From Candidatus Bathyarchaeota archaeon (lineage in GTDB: Archaea; Thermoproteota; Bathyarchaeia; Bathyarchaeales; Bathycorpusculaceae), in assembly GCA_963777155.1 (NCBI GenBank), contig CAVZPM010000039.1, positions 116,868-180,867 of the forward strand: DNA of 64,000 bases, read 5' to 3'. Below the pieces are notes generated by a model, which saw only the letters and a list, made by a program, of their open reading frames with translations, ran no database searches and was not told where the DNA came from. The position numbers and the translations under genes are program-made. Below, in pieces: positions 8,773-19,001 of this stretch (position 1 is its first letter; each line of letters starts with the position of its first letter).

Positions 8773-10989
8773 ATGGTAAATCAACCACCGATTCGTGCAC
8801 GCGGCGTCAAAGTGCTAAAAGCCGTTTCGTCACCGCTTAGGCTGCAAATTCTCAATTTACTCTTCGACAAAAGCGCCCTTAGCTATACCGAACTTATGAA
8901 CCAACTCAAAATGAACCCCAGCCGAGACGCAGGCAGATTCGCCTACCACCTAAAATTCATGCTTAAAGCTGACTTGGTTGAGGCAGATGTGGAAGCAAAA
9001 AAATATTACCTCACTGACCTCGGCAAGATGGTTTTGGATGTGGCTGACCGCGTGGAGAAAAAAGCAGTCAAGCCACGTGGCATGTTGGTTCGTACGTCAC
9101 ATTTGACGATGGAAGAGTTTGATGTTAATAAAATCGCAAATTCACTAATCAAAGAGGCGAAGGTTCCAGCGGAGTTGGCTCAGAAAGCCGCTAAAGAAGC
9201 CGAGAAACGCCTTATCAAATCCAAAACAAAGTACCTGACGGCAGCCTTGATCCGGGAAGTCGTGAACGGCATTTTGGTGGAGAAGGGCTATGAGGATTAC
9301 CGTCATAAGCTTACCCGAGTCGGGATGCCAATCCACGAAGTAACTTCTCTAATCGAAACTAAAGAGGGCATGCAGGACTGTCAAGCTACAATTAGCAAAG
9401 CAGGACAAGCAGTCTTAGGTGAATACACACTCCTGAATATTTTTCCAAGAGACATCGCTGACGCCCACCTGTCAGGCGCTATCCACGTCGACAACTTAGG
9501 CACCTGGGTCCTAAAACCCAACGAAGTAATCCATGACATACGATACTTCTTTCAACACGGTGTCAAACTTGACAACCTACTTCAAGTTGCAATGGAACCG
9601 CCAACTGACCTAAAATCCGCTCTATCTATCGCCTTTAACGTGCTTTTGCACGCCAGCAAAGAAACCAATCGGACTCAAAACTTCAACTACTTCAATGTAT
9701 TCCTCGCGCCTTATATCAGAGGCAACGAAGTGGCAAAAATTAAGGAAAACCTGCGGTTATTCATACAGAGCCTTAACCAGCACGTAGATGCAACATTAGG
9801 TCTTGAGATTGCAGTTCCCACGTTGTTGTCGGAAAAAGAAGCTGTGGGGTCGGGAGGCAAACTAAACGGTAAGTACAGCGATTTCTCCCAAGAAAGCCAA
9901 CTTGTAGCCTCACTTGTCATCGATGTCTTCACAGAAGAGAGTTCAGTTAAACCTCTTCTAAGCCCCAAACTAATAATAAAAATTAACAGTTTAGCTTTGG
10001 TTGATGAAAACGCCAAAGCGATTCTGCTTAAAGCTCACCAATTAGCTGTGAAAAGCGGTGTTCTATACTTTGCCAACATGACCAAAAAAGAAACCGAAAA
10101 CATAGCATTTTCATCCTCAGGGGTCAAGCTAGCTGCGGATTTGATAGGCGACTGGGAAACGGATACATTGCGAACCGGTTGTTTGGGCTGTGTAACCATA
10201 AACATGCCTAGAATTACTCAGGAATGTGAGAAAGACAAGAACAAGTTCTTCGATTTGATGCGTGAACGCTTCGAACTCGCCGCTCGTGCGCTGGGCATAA
10301 AGAACAATGCACTCAAGCAATTCGGGAAGAACTCGCTTCCATTTCTGTTGCAGAAATCAGACCGCGACACTTATTTCCGTCTTGAAAACTGTAGCCGAAT
10401 CGTAAACTTGGTCGGGTTCCGAGAAGCCATCGAAGCCTTCACAGAGAAAACTGTCAACTCAGAGGAGAGCCGTAAATTCACAGAAGAAATCATAAGCAAC
10501 CTGATGGCTTTTAGGCAGAAAATCGGCAGAAAATACGGGAAACGACTTTACCCCGTTATCCTCGGCAGTCCTGAAGCCTCTGAGCGGTTGGCACAACTGG
10601 ACATTGAACGGTACGGTGTTGCTAAAGTGAAGTTTTCAGGAACAAGAGACAAACCCTACTATTCAACGGTCAAACGGTTCCAGCTGAAACCCTCTGATTT
10701 TCTAGCTTTGCAGACGGATGCATTGGAGACAGCGAAGAGACTTAAGGGATTAAGCGCAGGGGGAAACCTGAGCATCATTGAACTTGAAAACGTCGAGTAC
10801 AAGCCGGAGGCGCTCATGGATCTGACGGTGCGTTTGATGGAGAACTACGCACTGGAGTTCTTTACGTACAACCGCCAAATCAGTGTCTGCGATAACTGCA
10901 AGAAGAATTGGTTTGGAACATTGCATAAGTGTCCTTCGTGCGGCTCTATGAGCAACCTGACAACGTTCGACCGGTTTACTTCGATTTGA
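8773..10989 (+). CDS. ArsR-HTH + ATP-cone + class III RNR (NrdD)-like fusion, apparently catalytically inactive
   Basis: aa ~10-95 ArsR wHTH (KAVSSPLRLQILNLL...FAYHLKFM..ADLV...YYLTDLG). aa ~104-185 ATP-cone (VRTS..EEFDVNKIANSLIKE...IREVVN). NrdD core motifs HLSGAIHVDNL and TLRTGCLGCVTINMPRI. C-terminal CxxC-CxxC zinc site, but no RxxGY. Confidence 0.85.
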   Translation: MVNQPPIRARGVKVLKAVSSPLRLQILNLLFDKSALSYTELMNQLKMNPSRDAGRFAYHLKFMLKADLVEADVEAKKYYLTDLGKMVLDVADRVEKKAVKPRGMLVRTSHLTMEEFDVNKIANSLIKEAKVPAELAQKAAKEAEKRLIKSKTKYLTAALIREVVNGILVEKGYEDYRHKLTRVGMPIHEVTSLIETKEGMQDCQATISKAGQAVLGEYTLLNIFPRDIADAHLSGAIHVDNLGTWVLKPNEVIHDIRYFFQHGVKLDNLLQVAMEPPTDLKSALSIAFNVLLHASKETNRTQNFNYFNVFLAPYIRGNEVAKIKENLRLFIQSLNQHVDATLGLEIAVPTLLSEKEAVGSGGKLNGKYSDFSQESQLVASLVIDVFTEESSVKPLLSPKLIIKINSLALVDENAKAILLKAHQLAVKSGVLYFANMTKKETENIAFSSSGVKLAADLIGDWETDTLRTGCLGCVTINMPRITQECEKDKNKFFDLMRERFELAARALGIKNNALKQFGKNSLPFLLQKSDRDTYFRLENCSRIVNLVGFREAIEAFTEKTVNSEESRKFTEEIISNLMAFRQKIGRKYGKRLYPVILGSPEASERLAQLDIERYGVAKVKFSGTRDKPYYSTVKRFQLKPSDFLALQTDALETAKRLKGLSAGGNLSIIELENVEYKPEALMDLTVRLMENYALEFFTYNRQISVCDNCKKNWFGTLHKCPSCGSMSNLTTFDRFTSI

Positions 10990-11910
<921 letters not shown>

Positions 11911-12269
11911 TTAGGCACCCAAAACAACAAAGCCCAAAACTGCTAAATAACACTTTGTATGCATGATCTTTAGTCAAATGGCTCGAGTAGTTTTTTCTTT
12001 GAGTAAGGGACGAGGTTTTATGAGAAACTCTTTTTTTATGTAACGCTAACCTGACTTTTATTCACGGGGTTATCGGAAAAAGTCAACGACGCCAGCTTAA
12101 AAACAAAAATCGCCTTAAGAATTGTCTTTACGTAAACTTTTTTCTCTCACCCAGTTAGCGCTTATATGTGTTTGTTGTTGTGCAACGACTGTAACACATT
12201 TTTAATAATCGGAAGCAAGCAATAGTATTTTGAATTCAAGCAAGCGAAAACTTGAAGGTGTTTTTGAAA

Positions 12270-12464
12270 ATGGAAGTAATGTTAGAAAAAGTCTCTAAAC
12301 GAGCAGCCCCTCAACAAAGAGTCGTTTTACGCGGATACATGCCAAGAATCCATGAAGTTCAGGCGCCATGCCAATGGCTAAATAATTGCTATGATGGGAA
12401 ATGCCCAAGCTTTGTGAGGCAGAACGGGAACTTTTACTGCGCTAAAATCAAAGCTCGAATATAG
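12270..12464 (+). CDS. small Cys-rich hypothetical protein
   Basis: Short ORF with four Cys (CQWLNNCYDGKC..YC); start 12252 (TTG), 12270 or 12279. Confidence 0.5.
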   Translation: MEVMLEKVSKRAAPQQRVVLRGYMPRIHEVQAPCQWLNNCYDGKCPSFVRQNGNFYCAKIKARI

Positions 12465-12483
12465 TCTTCCTTTAGGATTTTAG

Positions 12484-13395
12484 CTAACTCTTCAAAGCCG
12501 CTATCGCTTCTTTTAAGATAGCAACAGATTTCTCAAATTTCTCTTTTGTTTTCTCGGATAATTCTAATTCGATTATTTTTTCAACGCCATCTTTCCCTAA
12601 AACTACAGGAACTCCAATCGACAATCCAGAGGCACCATACTCACCATCAAGTAGCGTGGAAACACTCATGACTCGATTTCGCCCAGTCAAAATCGCATCG
12701 GCCATAATCGCAATAACCGTTCCAGGTGCATATACTGTACTGCCTTTAAGTTGGATAACATCTGCACCAGAAGTCACAGTCTGATGCACGATTCGCTCAA
12801 GTTGCTCATTCGTAAGCAGACTCGTAACTGGAATTCCAGAAACAGATGCATACTCAGTCAGCGGAACCATGCTATCCCCATGTTCTCCAATTACCAATGC
12901 ACGTGTATCTTCACGAGACACGTTAAGCTCGTTTGCGAGGTAGGTTCTAAAACGCATCGTATCCAAGATGTTGCCCATACCAAAGAGGCAGCACCGCGGA
13001 CGGCCTAGTTCCTTAAACGCAATGTAGGTCATGATGTCCACTGGGTTTGTTACCATCATAAGTTTGGCTTTGGGCGCATATTTGGCAACTTCTCTAACGA
13101 TGCCGCGTACGATTTGGGCGTTTGTATTCATGAGGTCAAAACGTGTCATGTCTGGTCGTCTCCCCAAACCAGCAGTCACAATAACGAGTTCAGAATCCTG
13201 CATTTCCCGGAAATCGCTGGTTCCGCGGATTTTGCCATCGAATTCGATGGCTGGCGCAGCCTGCATCATATCCAGGGCTTCTCCCTGCGCTGCCTTCTCG
13301 TTTGTGTCGATTAGAACGACATCACTTATTTTGTATCGTAAAATATCAAAAGCCGCCGCACTTCCAACTTTGCCTGCTCCAACAACAGTTATCAT
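12484..13395 (-). CDS. mdh: malate dehydrogenase (LDH-like)
   Basis: GAGKVG; GLGRRPDMTRFDL with Arg at the specificity position; TNPVD, LDTMR and GEHGD. Confidence 0.92.
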   Translation of the reverse strand: MITVVGAGKVGSAAAFDILRYKISDVVLIDTNEKAAQGEALDMMQAAPAIEFDGKIRGTSDFREMQDSELVIVTAGLGRRPDMTRFDLMNTNAQIVRGIVREVAKYAPKAKLMMVTNPVDIMTYIAFKELGRPRCCLFGMGNILDTMRFRTYLANELNVSREDTRALVIGEHGDSMVPLTEYASVSGIPVTSLLTNEQLERIVHQTVTSGADVIQLKGSTVYAPGTVIAIMADAILTGRNRVMSVSTLLDGEYGASGLSIGVPVVLGKDGVEKIIELELSEKTKEKFEKSVAILKEAIAALKS

Positions 13396-13472
13396 ACCAT
13401 AAAACCCAACTTAACTATGAGTTGAACGTTAAATATAAAACTAAAGCACTTTAGATATTTTGGAAAGTCCAG

Positions 13473-13922
13473 TTATCTTACAATTACTACTGGGCAGGGC
13501 GCTAAATGAGAAACCTTTTCACTAATATTCCCCAAAAAAAGCTCCCGCATCCTACCCTCACCCCTATGCCCAACCACAACTATATCAAATGCAGATTCCT
13601 TCGCTTCAGCAACAATTTCAGAAGCAGGGTTCCCCTCACGCAACTTTGACAAAACCGCCACCTTAGGGTTTACCTCTTTTGTATGGGCAACAGCTTTGCT
13701 TAGAATATCTTCATGAAGTCTCTGCAAATCCTTAGCAAATAGGACCATGCTGTCTCCTGAAACAGTCGTTGGTTCCAAAGGAACCGTGCCCATTACTGGT
13801 GGCTCACTAACGTTCAAAACTGTGATGGCAGCATTGTATTTTTCTGCCAAATCAATAGCAAAATCCAACGCTCTATTTGAATTTTCTGAGCCATCAACTG
13901 CCACTAAAATATTCTTAATCAC
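13473..13922 (-). CDS. universal stress protein
   Basis: ILVAVDGSENS...GNPASEIV...DIVVVGHRG...LGNISEKV...PCPVVIVR. Confidence 0.93.
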   Translation of the reverse strand: MIKNILVAVDGSENSNRALDFAIDLAEKYNAAITVLNVSEPPVMGTVPLEPTTVSGDSMVLFAKDLQRLHEDILSKAVAHTKEVNPKVAVLSKLREGNPASEIVAEAKESAFDIVVVGHRGEGRMRELFLGNISEKVSHLAPCPVVIVR

Positions 13923-14116
13923 AGAGGCGCTCTCCTTGAAAGAATTGTTTTAAGAGTCATTAAACTTTTCCTCAGAAATCCAAGATTCAGATACTGCTGA
14001 ATAATTCGGGAATCTTCCCATTATCCTTTAACCATATAAGCTTAAAGTGATATTTTATAGCAAAGAAAGCTCGCGAGGGACAATCGATACATAAGCATAT
14101 TCAAATCTTAGTCATA

Positions 14117-15682
14117 ATGCTTATTGCATTAACCCTTCTCCCAGCGCTTAATCTCAACTTACTCTCAGCTAGAGCGGCTACCACATCCTCATGGACCACC
14201 ATGTCTCCTATGCCTACTGCGCGTGGAGGAGTTGGAATAGCGGTGGTAGATGGAAAAATTTATGCAATCGGTGGCTTAAACGGAAACAACCAGCCTGTTA
14301 GCACTACAGAAGAATATGATCCTCAGACAAACGGGTGGACCAGCAAAATGGCGATGCCTACCCCTAGAAGCGGTTTTGCCATCACTGTTTACCAGAACAA
14401 AATCTACTGCATAGGTGGAACTGTTGGTAATGGGTACGTTGGAAACAATGAGGTTTTTGATCCTGTAAGTAACATTTGGGAAACAAAAACATCGATGCCG
14501 ACACCTAGGGCAGATTTAAGTGCGAATATTGTTGATGGTAACATCTATCTTATGGGCGGAAAAAGATACTCAAACATAAGTCCATTTTTCAACGAAACTA
14601 ATATTAACGAAGCCTATGATCCCACAAATGACAGTTGGGCAACAAAAACACCCATTCTGACGGCAGTTCAGGGTTACGCGTCAGCCGTTGAAGACGGTAA
14701 AATCTATCTTATGGGTGGCTCTGTTGCATCCTTATCGCTGCAAAATACCGTTACGACTGATGCAAACCAAGCGTATAATGCTCAGAATGACAGTTGGAGT
14801 TTAGCTGCAAATATGCCCAATGCTGACACCTATTTTGCGGCAGCGGCAACTGAAGGCTTTATGGCTTTTGCAAGTATCTACTGTGTAGGCGGTTATTCGG
14901 GTGGAGACTTTTCTTCGAAGGTTCAAGCTTATAATTGGATGAATAATTCGTGGAGCCTGGCTGAATCTATGCCTACTGCCCGTGCTTATTTGGGTGTAGC
15001 TGTAGTGGATGATGTTTTGTACGCCATCGGCGGATTTGACGGAACCAATTGGTTGGATGTTAATGAGCAGTACAAACCAGTTGGTTACGGAACAGTTCCG
15101 CCCAGAATACAGATAACATCCCCTGAAAACGAGACCTACTCTCAAGTGCAGTTAGCCTTTACCATTAATAGGGGTACTCAATGGATGGGTTATAGCTTGG
15201 ATAATAAATCAAATATGACCATTGAGGCAGAAACACGACTTTTGGATCTTTCACAGGGAATCCACAACGTAACAATGTATGCAAACGACACTTTTGGGAA
15301 CATGGGCGTTTCCAACACCGCAGTCTTTTCTGTAGATACTCTTCCCCCCCACATTGAAATTTCGCTTCCACAAAACAAATCCTATGATACAGTCGACATT
15401 CAGTTGATCTTTACATTAAATGAAGCTGTCACCTATTTGGCTTACAGTTTAGATGGGCAACAGCCTGTAAAAATTAATGGGAACCTTACTTTACCAGCCT
15501 TAGCGAATGGGCCTCACAGTTTAACGGTCTACGCCACTGATGAAGTCGACAACTCCGCTCAAAAAATGATTTCGTTTGATATTGCGCCTTTCCCAATTGT
15601 TACATATGTTGCAGTCATCACGGTGACAACCATTCTTTTGGCTACCTGTTATTTGCTTATTAAACAGAAAATGAAAAAATAG
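14117..15682 (+). CDS. Kelch-repeat surface protein with Ig-like domains and C-terminal TM
   Basis: Six MPT(A/P)R...GKIY(A/L)(I/M)GG Kelch repeats, two SPENxTY/LPQNKSY Ig-like modules and a C-terminal TM. The frame is open upstream to an ATA at 14087. Confidence 0.9.
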   Translation: MLIALTLLPALNLNLLSARAATTSSWTTMSPMPTARGGVGIAVVDGKIYAIGGLNGNNQPVSTTEEYDPQTNGWTSKMAMPTPRSGFAITVYQNKIYCIGGTVGNGYVGNNEVFDPVSNIWETKTSMPTPRADLSANIVDGNIYLMGGKRYSNISPFFNETNINEAYDPTNDSWATKTPILTAVQGYASAVEDGKIYLMGGSVASLSLQNTVTTDANQAYNAQNDSWSLAANMPNADTYFAAAATEGFMAFASIYCVGGYSGGDFSSKVQAYNWMNNSWSLAESMPTARAYLGVAVVDDVLYAIGGFDGTNWLDVNEQYKPVGYGTVPPRIQITSPENETYSQVQLAFTINRGTQWMGYSLDNKSNMTIEAETRLLDLSQGIHNVTMYANDTFGNMGVSNTAVFSVDTLPPHIEISLPQNKSYDTVDIQLIFTLNEAVTYLAYSLDGQQPVKINGNLTLPALANGPHSLTVYATDEVDNSAQKMISFDIAPFPIVTYVAVITVTTILLATCYLLIKQKMKK

Positions 15683-15848
15683 GCCGCCTAACCCCATTTT
15701 ACTCTTTTAAAATCAAGAGGCAATCGGCCCAGAGCGACTAAGGTTTAACTTGTTTTATGTATTCATCCGCTCAGAGGTATTTTTCTTGTTTTCGAATCAA
15801 AAATTTTAAGTAACGATTAACCTACGCATTCATAGGGATCTCTAAATA

Positions 15849-16100
15849 ATGGTCTTTGAAATCGATTACAGTGCTGGCGAACAAGTAGGTTGTTCCTCCA
15901 AAATAATTATTGCCGACCGAATCTTCTACGTAAAACTATTTTCTAGTGGGCCTTCAAGGTTCTTCTCAGGAGACCAACAAGGCGTAATACAGAAGGAAAT
16001 CTCAGAAGCTGAGTTTAACCTGTGGATTACCATCTTGGCTGACTGCGAAGCAGATGTGGGAATGATACAAAAAAAACTCAACGTCGGAAAAAAATATTAA
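15849..16100 (+). CDS. small hypothetical protein
   Basis: 83-aa ATG ORF in an otherwise empty gap. Confidence 0.6.
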   Translation: MVFEIDYSAGEQVGCSSKIIIADRIFYVKLFSSGPSRFFSGDQQGVIQKEISEAEFNLWITILADCEADVGMIQKKLNVGKKY

Positions 16101-16301
16101 CCCTTCAGATATTTCCGCCAAATCTCTATGATCTTTGGACCATTGTTAAGATTGTGGTATTCCAAGTTGCCAATTGATCAATCTGCTTGCAAACTGCATT
16201 AGTATTGTTTTACTGACTGAATTTTCTTCACTAAATATTAACCCAATCAACACCAAAGTTTATACCAACTTTTCAATACAACATGAGGTAGGAATAGGGT
16301 T

Positions 16302-17327
16302 ATGACTGTCCATTTAGTTCCATGGAATACTGAACGCAATTTGCTTGAAGAAACTAATCGCCTCTATGAAGCAGCAGGAACCTTTGATTGTATACAGAAA
16401 GGTGACCTCGTCGCCGTTAAATTGCATGTGGGTGAATTGGGCAACCCCTACTATGTGCAACCATTCTTCGTTCATGATATTATTCGTCGAGTTAAGGAGG
16501 CAGGTGGCAAACCCTTCCTAACGGATTCAAATACAGCCTACCAAGCGCATCGAAGCAACGCATATGATCATATGATTAATGCCTCATTAAACGGGTTCGG
16601 ATCAGAGGTTTTCATCGTTGCAGACGGATTGAAAGGCGAAAACTATAGGCTTACAAAAACCAAGGGTATTCTCAAAGAAATAGAGGTTTCTGGCGCAATC
16701 GCCGAGGCAGACGCCATGATTGTAGTTACTCACTGTAAGGGACATGAACTCAGCGGGTTTGGTGGTGCTATCAAGAACCTTGGTATGGGCTGCACGCCAA
16801 GCGACGGCAAAATTAGGCAACATCGAACTGTCGGCTTAGAAATCGATGCCTCCAAATGTGTGGGTTGCGGGAAATGCAAAGATGTTTGCCCCAAAAATCT
16901 GCCTAAAATAATTGAGGGGAAAGCGCACAATTCTTCACTGCAATGTATGCGGTGCCCAATATGTATTGGTGCCTGTCCCATGGACGCCATAAGATTCTTG
17001 GATAAAGAAAACCTCTGCAAAGCGCTTGCTTCAGCAGCCTATGGCGTACTGTCTACTTTCAAACCAGGTAAAGTTGCATTCGTAAGTTTTGCTAAAGATA
17101 TCACCCAATACTGCGATTGCTTGCCTAATCCGGGTCAAATTCTCCTCAAAGACGTCGGTGTTTTCGCTGCGGATTCACCTGTTTCAATAGATGCCGCTTT
17201 TTTGCATTCGGTTGACTACAAAATATTAAACGATGCGTCAGAGGTGGATTGCATGGCGCAAGTGAAAGAGGCAAAAGCTATAGGTATCACAGGTGAACTC
17301 AAGCCCAAAATAGAAGTTTTAAGTTAA
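16302..17327 (+). CDS. DUF362-domain 4Fe-4S protein
   Basis: VAVKLHVGELGN, THCKGHELSGFGGAIKNLGMGC, two CxxCxxCxxxCP motifs and CDC. Confidence 0.88.
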   Translation: MTVHLVPWNTERNLLEETNRLYEAAGTFDCIQKGDLVAVKLHVGELGNPYYVQPFFVHDIIRRVKEAGGKPFLTDSNTAYQAHRSNAYDHMINASLNGFGSEVFIVADGLKGENYRLTKTKGILKEIEVSGAIAEADAMIVVTHCKGHELSGFGGAIKNLGMGCTPSDGKIRQHRTVGLEIDASKCVGCGKCKDVCPKNLPKIIEGKAHNSSLQCMRCPICIGACPMDAIRFLDKENLCKALASAAYGVLSTFKPGKVAFVSFAKDITQYCDCLPNPGQILLKDVGVFAADSPVSIDAAFLHSVDYKILNDASEVDCMAQVKEAKAIGITGELKPKIEVLS

Positions 17328-18076
17328 CTAGCTTGAATTGCTTGCCTTTGGGCTTTTTTTATTCTTTTTCTTCGCCTAATTAAGTAGACCGCAAATATTG
17401 CTACCAACGTTGCCGATACAGCTATGATAAGGTAGTGAGAGACACCTGCGACTTCTTCCCACTTGTTACCTAAATAGTAACCCACGTAGATGAGCAGACT
17501 ATTCCAAAGGATGCAGCCAGCAACGGTAAAAGTCAGAAATTTTGCTAATGGCATCCTTACCGCACCAGCGGGGAATGAAATAAGTGTTCTAACTGCTGGA
17601 ATTAGTCGTCCGACGAAAACCATGGCTGAGCCATATTTGCTGAAATAACCAACTGCGATTTTTAGTTGGTTCTCTGAGAATATTACCCTGCCTAACAGAC
17701 GGTATTTTGTTAGGACTTCAACACCCTTCAACCCTATGAAGTAGTCAATCAATGAACCTGCTACTGCAGCTGTGGTTGCAACGATGAGTGTTATCCAAAA
17801 GTCTAGGTGCCCCAAGGAGACGAGGTAGCCTGCGAAGGGTAGTATAACTTCGCTGGGTATGGGTAGTGAACTGGCTTCGAGTATCATCAAGCCGAAGACG
17901 CCGCCGTATCCCCATGAACTCACTGTACGGGTGAAGGATATAGGTTCACCTTTAATGAATGTGTCAGCTAAAACCTCAAGCAGCACATAGGTACACAGTA
18001 TTATTGCGACTGCAACAACAATGATTTGCGGCGCTTTCTTTCGTATCTGCGCAAACTTTGAGTTAGGTGCATCCAA
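17324..18076 (-). CDS. DedA family membrane protein
   Basis: LEASSLPIPSEVILPFAGYL and GRLIPAVRTLISFPAG. Confidence 0.92.
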   Translation of the reverse strand: MDAPNSKFAQIRKKAPQIIVVAVAIILCTYVLLEVLADTFIKGEPISFTRTVSSWGYGGVFGLMILEASSLPIPSEVILPFAGYLVSLGHLDFWITLIVATTAAVAGSLIDYFIGLKGVEVLTKYRLLGRVIFSENQLKIAVGYFSKYGSAMVFVGRLIPAVRTLISFPAGAVRMPLAKFLTFTVAGCILWNSLLIYVGYYLGNKWEEVAGVSHYLIIAVSATLVAIFAVYLIRRRKRIKKAQRQAIQAS

Positions 18077-18297
18077 TCTAATCGGTTGAGTTTAATGTGT
18101 AACTTGAATTTATCTTAGCCTCTAGAAAATTGCAAAATAAAACGCAGTCAGTCTGAGCTTGCGAAAGGCTAAACTGTATAATTTGGGTTTAACCTTAAAA
18201 GCGTGTGATTGACGCAACTGGCTAATGAAACTTTCTACGGTTACACTTTTTATACTTGCTAACTCTAAGCCTTCTATGTTAGACTCGAGGCTGTTTT

Positions 18298-18984
18298 ATG
18301 GAAATCATCGAGGGAATCCACAGAGTAGACGAAGCCAGCGGCAACATAGCACACAGTAACGTATACCTCATAATTAACGGACAAGAACTGCTTATTGTTG
18401 ACACCGGAACGCCTGGAAACGCAAAGAAAATCGTTGAGTACATCCAAAAAATTGGGCGACAACCCATCGAAGTCTCAACAATTATCTTGACGCATTACCA
18501 CATGGACCACGCTGGCAGCGTTAAAGATCTAAAGGATTTAACAAACGCAAAGATCGCCGTAAGCGCAGAGGACAAGGACTATGTTTCAGGAGCTAAACCT
18601 TACCCAAAACCCAAAAATATTTTCGTGCGTGCAGCCTCATCATTCATCAAAGTATCACCCGCTAACGTTGACATAACGCTTAGAGATGGCGACAAAATAG
18701 GCGGCCTAACCGTTGTTGATGCTGCCGGTCACACACCTGGAAGCATATTTCTCTATGACCCTCAAAGAAAGGTGCTTTTTGCAGGTGATACTTTGCGGTT
18801 GGATGGTCGCAAGGTTGTGGCTGGACCTAAACAATATGTTTGGGATGAGAACAAAGAGAATCAATCTATCGCTAAACTCAAGGGTCTAGATTTCAACATT
18901 ATGTTGCCTGGTCACGGCGACGTTTTGATGACAAACGCTTCGAACGCAGTAAAAGAGTATCTTAATTCATCTGCAAAAGCCTAA
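18298..18984 (+). CDS. MBL-fold metallo-hydrolase
   Basis: THYHMDHAG, GHTPGS, FAGD and PGHG motifs. Confidence 0.92.
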   Translation: MEIIEGIHRVDEASGNIAHSNVYLIINGQELLIVDTGTPGNAKKIVEYIQKIGRQPIEVSTIILTHYHMDHAGSVKDLKDLTNAKIAVSAEDKDYVSGAKPYPKPKNIFVRAASSFIKVSPANVDITLRDGDKIGGLTVVDAAGHTPGSIFLYDPQRKVLFAGDTLRLDGRKVVAGPKQYVWDENKENQSIAKLKGLDFNIMLPGHGDVLMTNASNAVKEYLNSSAKA

Positions 18985-19001
18985 AAAATCGATCCAGGGG
19001 T

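Noticed and set aside
8773-10989. Annotation as an ordinary active nrdD
   Set aside because: The glycyl-radical motif and catalytic Cys residues are not found at the expected positions, an N-terminal HTH is present and there is no nrdG nearby.
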